The notes: a model not told the origin generated them from the letters alone. 62,910 nt of DNA, filler included, from Octopus bimaculoides (GCF_001194135.2; 11 parts of 9 records of this genome joined end to end with filler, not necessarily neighbours in it); one strand, 5' to 3'; shown: positions 12,497-24,762, numbered from the whole stretch's first letter. Numbers and translations are program-made.

Positions 12497-12508
12497 TTAA
12501 TTAATTAA
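12497..12508. other. Artificial assembly linker TTAATTAATTAA inside a 100-bp N block (also 19821, 37604, 39674, 46508, 48037, 52754, 55910, 57398, 61380)
   Basis: Identical self-complementary 12-mer with stops in all six frames, centred in N runs (44 N each side where counted), ten times. Confidence 0.95.
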
Positions 12509-12557
12509 NNNNNNNNNNNNNNNNNNNNNNNNNNNNNNNNNNNNNNNNNNNNTATTT

Positions 12558-12602
<45 letters not shown>

Positions 12603-12916
12603 TATAGGTACATATATATGTATATATACAAATGCAGACGTACATATATATGTACCATATGCACACACACACACACACACATACTCATAAATGTATGTAT
12701 GTATTATGTAAAAACACACACACATACATACTCACGAAACACAACCTACTGGTCTATATGATGATAGAAAGAAAATGTGAAAAGCATAGAAAAAACACAA
12801 CTTTCGGAATAAGAGTAATGTATACTTAAAAATACATTCTGACGTACCCTGTTGTGTGTGTATATATATATATACAAGTGAGAGAGTATGGGATACAAGC
12901 AGAGATAAAATGAGAC

Positions 12917-12972
12917 AGCTAGGCAAACAAGAAAAGCTAGGCAAACAAGAAAAGCTAGGCAAACCAGAAAAG
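12917..12972. repeat. 18-bp tandem repeat x3 (AGCTAGGCAAACAAGAAA)
   Basis: Directly visible. Confidence 0.85.
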
Positions 12973-13379
12973 AAGTAAAATAGGAAAGCATATTTTTGAG
13001 GGAAAGAGTGGGAGAGGGGTGTTTGTGTTGTGTGTGAAAGAGTGAGAGAAAGAGTGAGGAGCAAAGTGAGAAAGCGTGTGTAGGTATGTGTGAAGTGAAG
13101 TGGGAGGGTGAGTGAAGTAAGTGAATGTGTGAAGCTAAGCGACATTTCAGACAAAAATATCGATTTCTTTTGACAAGGGACAAAATCAATAGGTTTTGTT
13201 AGTTTGAAGGGTGATATCAGATGAAAATCGACCACAATATATTACTAGTATTTACTGTAACACAGTGCGGAGAGGGTGGGGAGTGCTTAAACGATCGCTC
13301 GATATGATGGAAATGGCAGCCTCATTTATCTTGCTCGCATATTATGTAGTTCCACTTTGCAAGTCTTCATAAAAGAAGG

Positions 13380-13757
13380 CACTCCGTCGCTTACGACGAC
13401 GAGGGTTCCAGTTGATCCGATCAACGGAACAGTCTGCTCGTGAAATTAACGTGCAAGTGGCTGAGCACTCCACAGACATGTGTACCCTTAACGTAGTTCT
13501 CGGAGATATTTAGCGTGACACAGTGTGATAAGGCTCACCCTTTGAATTACAGGCACAACAGAAACAGGAAGCAAGAGTGAGAGAAAGTTGTGGTGGAAGA
13601 GTACAGCAGGGTTCGCCACCATCCCCTGTCGGAGCCTCGTGGAGCTTTTAGGTGTTTTAGCTCAATAAACACTCACAACGCCTGGTCTGGGAATCGAAAC
13701 GGCGATCCTATGACCGCGAGTCCGCTGCCCTAACCACTGGACCATTGCGCCTCCACA
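13380..13757 (-). mobile_element. Full-length tRNA-derived SINE (third family, OR1-like) with 21-bp target-site duplication
   Basis: Minus-strand head GGAGGCGCAATGGTCCAGTGGTTAGGGCAGCGG...GTTTCGATTCCC has A/B boxes. TSD GCAAGTCTTCATAAA(A/G)GAAGG at 13359-13379 and 13758-13778. Confidence 0.88.
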
Positions 13758-14050
13758 GCAAGTCTTCATAAAGGAAGGACACATTAAGCAATACTCATAT
13801 CTATGTGTGTGTGCGTGTATGTGTATGTTTGTGAGCATGTGTGTATGCGGGGAGGGGTACATGGATAGATGTATATATGAAAATCATCATTAGGAGACGT
13901 CCAATCACTGCATGACAGTAAAATCTCGCATATGCCATATATAGAATTTCGGCATTTTTTCAGGCACTGATGTCGCAAATAGCCAGTAGGTTTATTAAAA
14001 ATTAACCATTAGCTATTTAAGTAGTATTATTACCAGAAGGTTATCTTTAT

Positions 14051-14274
14051 TAATTCTACTCTAGGCACAAGGCCTTGAAAATGTTGGAGGAAGGGGGGGG
14101 TGCTAGTCGATTGCATCGACCCCAGTGTTTCACTGGTACTTAATTTTTCCACCCCGAAAGGATGAAAGGCAAAGTCGGCCTCGGTGGAATTTGAATTCAG
14201 AACTTAGCGACGGGCAAAATACCGCTAAGCATTCCGTCCAGCGAGATAACGATTCTGCCAGCTCACCGCCTTAA
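14051..14274 (-). mobile_element. OK-like SINE with 14-bp TSD
   Basis: Full family consensus on the minus strand. TSD AAGGT(T/A)ATCTTTAT at 14037-14050 and 14275-14288. Confidence 0.88.
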
Positions 14275-14334
14275 AAGGTAATCTTTATGTCCAAATTAAC
14301 ATGCATGTCTTGTTAGAACACTTAGTACAACATT

Positions 14335-15065
14335 ATTACATTATTTACATTATTTACATTTGACAGATATTTGTCCTCATCTTGTTTGTTGTTAGCACAA
14401 CCTTTCGGCTGATATACCCTCCAACCTTGGTTTTCTATCATCATCTCTGGTTATTTTCCTAATGAAGATAACGTCTCATAGATTTCGTTATTTAGTTGAT
14501 GTTTTTTTCCAATGGTTGTAATGGGTCCTCTCACGGACGAGTGTATGTCCTACCTACCCTTTCCGCTACTCTTCTAGCTTTATATGAATCCACTGATGTC
14601 ATTATATTCAAGCCAGGTGGTATTAGCTTCGAGTTTCTACATCTACACAGGAAAGTTAGATGGTTTGAAAGACGAGCTAGTTTTTGATTGAGTTTCTCTA
14701 TATGTCTCCATTGAAGTCTAATGTCGGCTCCGTACCGATCAGATAATACAGTTCTATATTTAAGAGATGAGGAATTATGTACATTATTTACATGACACCA
14801 GTGGATTCATCAAAAGCTAAAAGAGTAGCGGAAAGGGCAGAACATGCCCTCGTCCGTGAGAGGATCCATTACAACTATTGGATAAAAATCATCAACTTAA
14901 CGAAATCAAAGTGCGGTTATCTTCATTACTTAGGAAAATAACCAGAGATAATGATAGAAAAAAACAAGGCCGGAGGGTATATCAGCCGAAAGGTTGTGTT
15001 AACAACAAACAAGATGAGGACAAATATCCGTCGAATGTGAATATTGTAAATAATGTATATAACTA
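14335..15065. mobile_element. Penelope-like deletion derivative in inverted arrangement
   Basis: Minus strand 14790-14430 translates VHNSSSLKYRTVLSDRYGADIRLQWRHIEKLNQKLARLSNHLTFLCRCRNSKLIPPGL, resembling the Penelope ORF N-terminus (NHL.FL..C...LIP.GL). 14338-14602 and 14792-15062 are inverted copies of each other. Confidence 0.75.
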
Positions 15066-15959
15066 TTGGTTTTAAATTTTGGTACAAGACCAGCAATTTT
15101 GGAGGAGGGGGTTAAGTCGATTACATCGATTCTCAGCGCCGTTCGCGTTTAGGGCGTTTAGGGAAAGTGATGCAATGAAATGCTTGCTTCAAGAGCACAA
15201 TTATTGTGCCTTGGTGTTGCTGCTGAAGAACACAAGACGGACTTGATTACATTGGGGATTATTTTAGGAAATATAGAACACAATTAAACTCGTTGTATAT
15301 ATTGGAAAAGAATAGAGAATTCTATTTGAGTGCTAGCAGCGGTAATTATTTTATTGAGTTAATTTTCGTTGATGCAATGTTATCTTTCGTAATTTTGACG
15401 GATTTACTTTTTTTATTATGGTATATTAACGATTATTGTAACGAATTCGCTTTTGTTCTTAATAACTGATTGCTCTCATCACTTTTACATAGAGCAGTTT
15501 TATCGTTATATTTTTTCAGATCCTGTAGAGCAACTTTACGATAAACGTTAAATGCGTTTTTGTTGTTGCCGTTATATCTTTATTGCCTTCTCATTTGAAT
15601 GCATTTTGCAGTTTTCCATTGATTTTTATTATACATTTATTTATCACTTAATTCTCGAGAGAGACTGATAAAGCAATTAGCTCCCTGACATTCAAGCCTT
15701 AATCAAGGATGTTTGTGACGTCTTCAGCTAAACGTAGGCACAAAGTATTACATTTATAGGCAAGAAGGAAAAAAAAAAGACAATACAATGACGTTATTTC
15801 CATTCTACTTTCTTTCCTTCCTTATTTACTCACTTGCTATCATACTTATTGACTCAGTTGCTTACATATTTCTTTACCTCTTTCTTCTATTAATGCCCCT
15901 TATTTAAATTTCATTATTATTTTTACTGTTCAAGACCTGTTCTATGAAAACGTCCTTAA

Positions 15960-16069
15960 TTATCTCCTGCTATCATTCTCTTGAAGGTATTCTGATGGTT
16001 TCCACGGAAAATGAAGAAGAGTGGTAAACAGAAAAGGGTGATAGGTTCTGAAAGTCGCAAGGGTATCAT
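15960..16069 (-). CDS. Candidate terminal coding exon of an unidentified gene: (D)DTLATFRTYHPFLFTTLLHFPWKPSEYLQENDSRR*
   Basis: Long polypyrimidine tract and TTTTTATAG acceptor, stop-free phase-1 frame, protein-like composition. No homolog recognised. Confidence 0.3.
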
Positions 16070-16312
16070 CTATAAAAATGAAAAGAAAAAGAAAACGAAA
16101 ATAGGTTACGGAATCTTGGGAAAATCTATGTATATATATATACTTAAAAAACATACATACATATAAAAAAAACGTGTATGTATGTATGTATGTATGTATG
16201 TCATTATTCAGTTTTATTTCAAGATTTCTTGCCAATAGAGAAAGAACTGGTTTCTAACCTAGATCCAAAGCTCCTTTATTGGAATTTCAACATCAACGAC
16301 AGGGCATTTTCT

Positions 16313-16346
<34 letters not shown>

Positions 16347-16529
16347 TGTATGTATATATGTATGCATGTATGTATGTATGTATGTATGTATGTATGTATG
16401 CATGCATGCATGCATGTATGTATGTGTGTATGTATGTATGCATGCATGCATGAATGCATGTATGTATGAATGCATGCATGCATGCATGCATGTATGTATG
16501 TATCTATACGTGCAAATTTGTATGTTTTG

Positions 16530-17535
16530 TTTTATGTATGTCTTCTCATTCATATGCTTGCATATCTAGTCATATTCATATTTACTAAAATGATAAACTT
16601 TTGGAAAGTTTTGCAGGTTTTTACAGTTCCTGTGATACCTTGGATCTATATATTGAAAAGACTAATTTCTCAAGATTGGTATTTAGGTAGTGTATTACAT
16701 ATCTCAATGCCCCAATAATTACTGTTATAAACCTGAACTTGTAATCTGGATAGAGTTACTGCAGATTTCTCAATAGTTCAGCATAGGTGTTTTCATTTTC
16801 GCTGATTTTCAGCTTTATGTTAACATCTGCTGGGCAGCTGATTTCCACAACTGTGCACAGTTTCTCTTCTCTATCCCAAATCATTATATCAGGTCTGTTG
16901 TGCTTATATTTTATTGAAGTCTTCACTGGGACATTCCACCAGTATTCCTTATAATTATGAGTGGTTATGGCTTCTACCATATTGTGAGCTTTTATTGCTT
17001 TGTCCTCGGAGTTATCCTTCCAACGGATTTCTTTATATAATGTTGTAGCCACAACATCATGTCTCATCGATAGATAATACCGTGATGACATTATCGGACA
17101 ACTGCTTATGATGTGGGTGATATCATTGGTATTAACTCCACAAAGTCTGCATCGGTTGTCACATTTTGTTTACTGCTTTTCCTGCACCTCTGTCCCTTTT
17201 GTGCATCAGGTATTTGGTTCATATTTCCTGTTGCTGGATTGCAAACGCATACTCTTCAAAGGAGGAGGTAGTACTCCGATTGTTGGTCCATGACAGACTG
17301 CTTTAATGATCATTGTTACTGTCATCTAAGAGCTTTCTACTAACATTATATATGCACTCTGCTGACATAATGTCATTCTTTCATCTGATGATAATTCGCG
17401 GTAGAGTCGTGCGACTTCCTTGTGGGAGTATGCCTCTTCTGTTTTTTAATTATTATAAATCTTCCACTGAGGAGGGAGCCGGTTTCCAACAAAGATACAA
17501 GGCCCAATGTTTGGGATGCAGTTGACACAGATACA
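16530..17535 (-). mobile_element. 3' fragment of a restriction-like-endonuclease non-LTR retrotransposon (R4/Dong-like clade)
   Basis: FEEYAFAIQQQEI.TKYL, HIISSCP.MSSRYYL.MRHDVVA, YWWNVP..T, HNRPDIMIWDREEKLCTVVEISCPAD.NI.LKI.E.E.TY (CCHC-like plus PD..E..K RLE motifs). Ends GITGTVKTCKTFQKF and a (CATA)n tail; frameshifts present. Confidence 0.85.
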
Positions 17536-17536
17536 T

Positions 17537-17698
17537 TCACATTTGGAACTTGAGAAAAGTCTTGCATATTTTTACTGTTATACTCACAGATTGCAGTTGT
17601 AATGTACGAATTTGCCGGTCGATTTCTCTTTCTGAAAATCCCAATTTATCCAGATTCTCCTTTAAGCATTTACTAACAAAACCCAATGCTCCAATTAT
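17537..17698 (-). mobile_element. Extreme 3' end of a second, divergent RLE LINE subfamily
   Basis: IIGALGFVSKCLKENLDKLGFSEREIDRQIRTLQLQSVSITVKICKTFLKFQM* is paralogous to, but clearly different from, the C-terminus at 16560-16730. Confidence 0.8.
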
Positions 17699-17939
17699 GT
17701 ATGTATGTATGTATGTATGTATGTATGTATGTATGTATGTATGTATGTATGCATGCATGCATGTATGTATGTATGTATGTATGTATGTATATACGTATGT
17801 ATGTATTATGTATGTATTACGTATGTATGTATGCACGTATGTAATACATATATACATACATATACATACACATACATATATATATATATGCGTGTGTATG
17901 GCTTTATGTATATAAGTATAGTCTTCAGTTCCTTATCCC

Positions 17940-18300
17940 AGTTTCTCTGAAAGTCTTGATATTATAGATCGAAATATATCTCAAAACCATGGAACAGCAT
18001 CGACAAATCCACTCCATCCTTCAAAAGATCTTGTAAAATGTAGACTGTGCCTTTCCGAAAAATTATATATGTTAAGACAGCCATCGATCTGTATTAAACA
18101 GAGATCAGTTGTTGTCATCAAAGAATATTTCTCCTGAGCAGCATCCATACATGAACTGTTTCCGGTGATCTTCACGTCAATGGTTTGTGTGTCCGTTTTC
18201 CAATATTTTAAGCATTTGTGGTATTAGTTCATTATTCTATCAAAATCCATGAAATATTCTGTATCTGTACAGTTGCTAATTGTATGAGACTTAAAAGACA
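17940..18300 (-). mobile_element. Older, more degraded fragment probably of the same RLE LINE group
   Basis: HRKQFMYG...FDDNN..S...W resembles the region preceding FEGYAFAIQ in the 16530-17535 copy; many stops. Confidence 0.35.
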
Positions 18301-19607
18301 CGAAATGTTATTTGAAAACTCATTGTGGTATTGAAAATAGGTATTAAATTTTGACTTCTGTTTAGCTGTGATGGTTGATAAGTTTAAGCATTACATTAAT
18401 TTCTTACATATGCTAAGGACTACAAAAATAGAAGGCTGATTTCGCAGATTATATCGATCCCAGTATTTGACTTATTATATTTTACCGACTTATGAAGGAT
18501 GAAAGATAAGTTTGAACCCAATGAGTGTTGATCTAAAATCGTATTCTTTATTTTAAATATCGTATTAAAGTGGCTTTTGACAACTATTTCGCATGTTTCT
18601 GCCGTGGAAAAATTGGACGGTCTTATAATAACCTTTTGAAACCCTGGCTATAATGATAATATATTATGGAATAATGGTGCCTTTATTTTTATTAATACCA
18701 CAGAATGTATGGATATGTTGGTTGTAGCTTACTTTAAACGCATTAGAAGTCCGATATAAATTCTTGTTCAGGTGTAAGTTTTATTTCACATTGATGCATC
18801 ATGCGGTTGGGTAAGTCAGTTATTATCAATTAAATTTTTCATATATATATTTGACGCGAGCAAGATTATGAGATGGATATCGTTGAGTAGGATAGCTCAG
18901 TTATATTCTTCTTAAACATTTTGATAAACTTTTAGAAGTCGCAGAAATGCTTAGTAATTGGATCGAATCTTTTTTATATTTTATATGCAAATTTGAAGTT
19001 TCTTATTATGAGCCACCATTCAGGTATAGTAAATAAGACTGTCTTATTTTTAATTGGAAAAAACAGAAACTCCACAAACAGTGACAATATTGGAAAGCAA
19101 ACACAAAAAACAAACTTTTTACATGAACATTTTCAATGACGGTTAATTACCAAATTTTATTACATTATCCTTTTCTTTCATTCGTCATCATTTTTCTTAT
19201 TCTCTCCATTCTTTCTTTCTTTACTACTTTTCCTCTAGTCTCTCACATCTCTTTCATCACATATCCGCCCAATTTCGTTAAACTAATTGTCTTTTTGGCA
19301 TAGAAACCTACAAATCGGAGGTGGGTGGGGGTGGGGGGAAAGAGATATAAAAGCAAATGAATAAATTTTCTGTTTGAAAGCCTAACATTTTTTGAGAGAA
19401 TTCGTATGTGACTACTATACGTATCAGTGTACTGCTATTGTGTATTGTGTGTATGTTTTTTACACATACTCACGTACACACATATACTAGTATGCATGAA
19501 TGTATATATGCATATATGCAAATGTGTATGTATATATGTATATATATATACATACATATATATTTATATATAAAGATGCGTACATACATACATACATACA
19601 TACATAC

Positions 19608-19776
19608 AGGAGTGGCTGTATTATAAGAAGCTTGCTTCCCATCCACATGGTTCCTGGTTCAAACCCACTGCGTAGCACCTTGGACAAGTGTCTTCTATTA
19701 TAGCCTTGGGCCGACCAAAGCCTTGTGAGTAGATTTGGTTAACGGAAACTGAAAGAAGCCCGTCGTATATTTATAT
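19608..19776 (+). mobile_element. 5' part of OR2-like CORE-type tRNA SINE
   Basis: GGAGTGGCTGT...GGTTCAAACCCACTGCGTAGCACCTTGGACAAGTGTCTT...GCCTTGTGAGTAGATTTGG..ACGGAAACTGAAAGAAGCCCGTCG. Confidence 0.82.
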
Positions 19777-19876
19777 NNNNNNNNNNNNNNNNNNNNNNNN
19801 NNNNNNNNNNNNNNNNNNNNTTAATTAATTAANNNNNNNNNNNNNNNNNNNNNNNNNNNNNNNNNNNNNNNNNNNN

Positions 19877-19934
<58 letters not shown>

Positions 19935-20031
19935 CTACTACAGCTGTTGCTGCTGCCACCAACAACATCGTCACTGTCATTGAATACCACCACCATCACC
20001 CTCACCACCTCCTTTCACCTCGTACTTCCCT

Positions 20032-20050
20032 ACTAGCGCCACCTGTGTCG
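20032..20050 (-). promoter_or_regulatory. Candidate CTCF-binding motif
   Basis: Minus strand CGACACAGGTGGCGCTAGT matches the 3' portion of the bilaterian CTCF consensus (CAGRTGGCGCTA), within a CpG-richer island. Confidence 0.3.
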
Positions 20051-20301
20051 CAAGTGTTGCACCATATGCGGTTAAGCCACAATCACGACCGCATCAACGC
20101 CACCGACATGGCCATCACCCGCAACGCCATAATCCCGACCACATTTGACGCGGCAAACAGGAAAATACCAATAACAACACTTTTACACTGAGATTTCAAA
20201 ACTATTATTTCAGTATTAGATCCTTTTTTTTTTTCTTGTTTGTTTGTTATCGCACTGTTACTTTTCCTTCTCCACCTTAGCACATACGCACATTCATACA
20301 T

Positions 20302-20359
<58 letters not shown>

Positions 20360-20639
20360 AAATACACTCACAAACAGGAACACACAATTAAGGCAGACAA
20401 CTTAGGTGCCTCACTAAACCTAAAAACAATTATGAATAAGATCTTCCATAAACCCAATGAAAAATTAAAATATATTATTAAACTTTCCAGTCAATTACTC
20501 TTAGAAACCTTCGATATTAACTATTCGGTCACCTGTCTATCTTTTTCTATGGGTTTTTTTCTTTTTCTTTCTTTCTTTCTTTCTTTTTTTTTTTCTTTTT
20601 TGACAAGGACACTTCGTGCAATAACAGATCTTTAGGAAA

Positions 20640-21250
20640 ACAGCATCTTCAAGGAAGAGATATTCTAGTATTAACACTTCTTGAAGAACTGCTCTTATCA
20701 GGTTTTCGATCCACATGCCATGAAAATTAGCTATTCTTGCAGTCCCCATATGAAATTCATAATAATATCCTTGCTTATATCAAACGAAGACCAGAATGTT
20801 CCTGTAGAAAGAGGAATGCTTTTTAGACCAAGCAGGAAAAATCAAATCTGTTGCGTATGAATTAGAAGTCGCATCAACAATGCCGAATCAAACAGTGGAG
20901 AGAAAAATAATATAAAGGTATGGCTAACGGCTAACTAAACGAAAGATTCTACAAACAAACTATCTTTCTAAAATCTGAACAAGCAGATATCCATGACACT
21001 GACAGCAAGAAGATATACTCTTTTTGCTGTCAGTACTCTTATGGCGAGTATTAGAGAAATCAATATGTGGAAGAAAGAGTGGTAATTGTGTAGCAAAGAG
21101 AACACATATTCTACAAAGTTTAAATGACTAAAATGTTGTCTTAAGTCCGTTCTCATGCAGAATGATATATACTGGCCAACTTGTAGGCTCATCTTCAGCA
21201 CCACAAACCATCTCAGAGAACAGAATTTCGGTGAATGAGCCTTCTCACAT
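20640..21250 (+). mobile_element. Degraded Penelope-like RT-thumb/GIY-YIG endonuclease region
   Basis: Frameshifted translations VFDPHAMKISYSCSPHMK / HNNIL / ECSCRKR / KSVAYELEV / YKGMANG*LNERFYKQ parallel Penelope motifs IFN..T.K.SYSCM.NM, HN.KIL, CNCR.K, VY.A.V, YIG.T...K.RY..H. Confidence 0.55.
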
Positions 21251-22380
21251 GAACCATAATTTTTAGACATTAGAATTCTGATTTTTGACCTTGGGTAGCA
21301 TGCCTTTGCTCATCTAATACCACTGACCTTATATAATTGTGAAGATCTAACTTTTATAGAGATGTGCTTTTCTCATTACGTTTATAGATAATATACTCGC
21401 TCATGCTAACTTTATGAACTCAACTTTTGGCTTGCCTTTGTTGTTAGATCTATATTCTAACCACACATTATTATAAAAAAGAAGAGACCATATCTTGATT
21501 TTCAGTGTTACAGCCCCTGCGCCATGCATTTCTATGCCTTTATGAAAAGTGCTTGGTCACATTTCTTCCCATATTTTTCTTAAAGTAATCCCCCTAGGAA
21601 ATTGCATTGAGTAACCATCTTGAACTACTTGTTATATTTTAGGGAGACATGAAGTGAGTGATAAATAACTTCCAGTGAAACACGTAGATGTTAAGTAAAT
21701 CTTACTTTTTAAATGAAACCAATGGTAGAATGTATATCTAAGTTTGTGTCCTACTTACTAGAAAGTGAATATTTTCACTGTTGCATAAATGCAGTCTTTT
21801 TCCTGATTCTTGACTTAAAACCAATTAAAAACACAAAACAAAGAAAAAGATGAGCTAACATGAACAGTTTCTAAGTGGAGCAGTCAAAATATGTAAAACT
21901 TTTCTAAGGTTCGACATGTAACATTTGTCGTGGTAGTCATCCAAATTTCAGTGATATGGCTTTAGCTTTTTTGTTAGAAACCAGCTGCTACTTCCTAGAA
22001 ATGAATACTAAGATCTAAAAAAAAATAATAATAACGTACATACACACACATATATGTATGTATATAACTATATACATAAATACATACATATACACACTCA
22101 CACACATACATACATATGGCCATATGTATACATTCTTATAACTATACATTTACGTACAAATACGTGTATGTACGTATGTAAGTGTGTATNNNNNNNNNNN
22201 NNNNNNNNNNNNNNNNNNNNNNNNNNNNNNNNNNNNNNNNNNNNNNNNNNNNNNNNNNNNNNNNNNNNNNNNNNNNNNNNNNNNNNNNNNNNNNNNNNNN
22301 NNNNNNNNNNNNNNNNNNNNNNNNNNNNNNNNNNNNNNNNNNNNNNNNNNNNNATATATACATATATATACATACACACA

Positions 22381-24698
22381 CATTCGTATTACAATGCATT
22401 TACATATAAATGTAATAATTCTGACAAGTTATGTGATCGAAAAACTCATGCTCGTTCTGGGAGAAATAATTCCCATGATCGTTCTATAAGAGGGAAGTTC
22501 TATGGAAGAGGGGGAAGAGAAAGATCTCAAGACTGGGAAAGATCACGAGATCGACTAACAAGAGATGGATCATGTGAAAGATCATATGACAGATCATCTT
22601 GAGACTGGCGTGATAGATCAAACAGAGACCGACCGAATAGAGTCAAGTCACGTGATAGGTCACGAGACCGATCCACTCGTGGCAGATCAAGGGACCGATA
22701 TATGAGAGATCTCCAGATGAAAGATCTTCATCTGTTAAACCTTAAGAGAAGTCAAGGGATCATATAAAAAATCGTTCTGATAATTCCTATGACTATAGAA
22801 ACTCTGAGAAAGGAGAAGTCAATGGAATGAAAGATATAATGATAATCGTTACAGTCGTACTTCTGATCAATATACAAGGGACACACATGACAATCGAATA
22901 TCTTCTCGTTATTATGACGATGGTTATTATAAACGGTCGCATTGTGAGGACAATGCTATGATGATAGACCTTTTTACAGGCAAGATAAACATCAGCGACC
23001 TGATGATGTTTACTCATATCGTTATGAGAGAAAAAAATAGGCGAAGTTCTTATCCTTTTGAAGAAAAAGTTTCCGACATAGTAGTTTAAAAGATTCTAGT
23101 TCTCCAATCCGTCACTAATTTGCTGGAACTAAATCATCAAGCGTAGGTAGCGGAATAAATGCTGTAAGTGTTAATTACAGCCAGGCCAGTGATAGTGATA
23201 GTTCCCCTGCCCATAACTTAGATGGAATGAAGCAATATAATCTACTACATTATAATTCTTCCAGTGTAGCTGTATCTAGTTCAAGTACAGTTTCAACAAA
23301 CCAGCTGCCAGAATTTGGCAAGAGCATCAAATACAAAACTACAGTAACAAATTAGATGAATGTAGTACTACAACTAATTGTAATTATCGTGATTCAACAC
23401 CAGTCGGAGATGAACCAAATGATTATGAATTCAATTTTTCACAGTTAATTCTTATCAGGCCTAATACTAGTGCAATGACTTAGTTGGCTCCTCCTCTAGA
23501 AGAAGCCCAAGACATTGATGTAAGCCAGAGAATTAATAGTACAACTACTATTCCAACTGTATTAGGAGGTAATTCAAGTTATCCTTCTGTTCTGAATACC
23601 AGCATGCAACAGAAAGAACATGCAAGCATAGTTCTTATTACACCTTCCTCTCAAAATATAGCAGGCCCATCAAGAATTAATATGAATATTTCGAATATTG
23701 TCACTGAACACAGAATCTCTACACTTTTAAAAGATTTCACCCAAATCACTCATAATAACACTTTAACACAAAACTTTGCTCTTACTTCAAGCGTTAATCA
23801 ACTAAATTTGTCTTCTGTTTCTACTTCGACCGTAAGCTTGAAATCTAATATTAATCTACGTCCTTACTAACAAAATTCAGTTGGACTGCCACCTGTTGCC
23901 ATTAGTCATTTACCACCACTGCCAGCTGAAAGTAATGCAAACTTTTTAACTCTACCCTATGAAGTGAAACTTGAAAGTTCAAGCTATAATGTTTTGAGTA
24001 ATTATGCATCAACAAGTAAAACACTTTCCCAGTCATTCATAGTACTAACAAAGGTTCCCGTTTCTCTCAAAAAGAAAAAACTTCAAGCTGCTACATCAAT
24101 TGCTATTACAGATATTACAGTAGGTAGTTTGACATCACAAAATACTGTACAGAAACCTGTTGCACAGATAAGTTATTCGGCAGATAAACTGCATGTTGCA
24201 GATTCTACCACTTAGTCTTCAAAGATAGATAGTTGTCATAAACTAGGGCGGGAAAATCAATTATTAACAGCAAGCATTTCTGTAAAATCTACAGACTCTT
24301 CTGCTGAAGATTACAATAGATATTTTTCTTTGATTAGCAAACAGACATCCCAAATGAAAACAGCTGATGAACCAGCTCTACTAGTAAAAGATATTTGCTC
24401 TTCAGAAACAAAAATCTCTCAACGATCTGATACTAAATTAATTTCAAACCACTTGAAAAACACTGTTTCAACAAATATAGTTGTTGAACATGTCCCAATC
24501 ATAGAATCTTCTCATATAACTGAACCTGCTGAGACTAAACCGAGAACATTAGTCAGTAGTCATTTAGAAGAAGAAGAAGTTAGTTCCTCTGACTGTTTAT
24601 GGACAGAGCAATCAACGAAATTGGCAGTTAAAATAGAACAACCTTCACTTGAACAGTGTATGCCGGACTTTGACTGTACTCATCAGAAGAAAGGTCAA

Positions 24699-24700
<2 letters not shown>
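22381..24700 (+). pseudogene. Decayed ~2.3-kb intronless reading frame: RS/RD-rich N-half, Ser/Thr-rich C-half; parent gene unidentified
   Basis: Continuous protein-like translation when several stops and frameshifts are bridged (RSRDRSTRGRSRDRY..., RYNDNRYSRTSDQY..., SSSVAVSSSSTVSTNQ..., ORFs 23484-23870, 23964-24215, 24330-24700). Confidence 0.7.

Positions 24701-24762
<62 letters not shown>

Noticed and set aside
12453-12552. TTAATTAATTAA motif repeated ten times through the window
   Set aside because: It is always centred in a fixed-size N block and has stops in all six frames: an assembly linker, not biology.
13255-13275. CACAGTG heptamer (Transib/RSS-like end)
   Set aside because: Single occurrence with no partner inverted end or nonamer found.
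13380-13757. tRNA gene
   Set aside because: The tRNA-like A/B boxes are SINE heads followed by family body sequence and TSDs; no complete cloverleaf. No true tRNA or rRNA genes were seen in the window.
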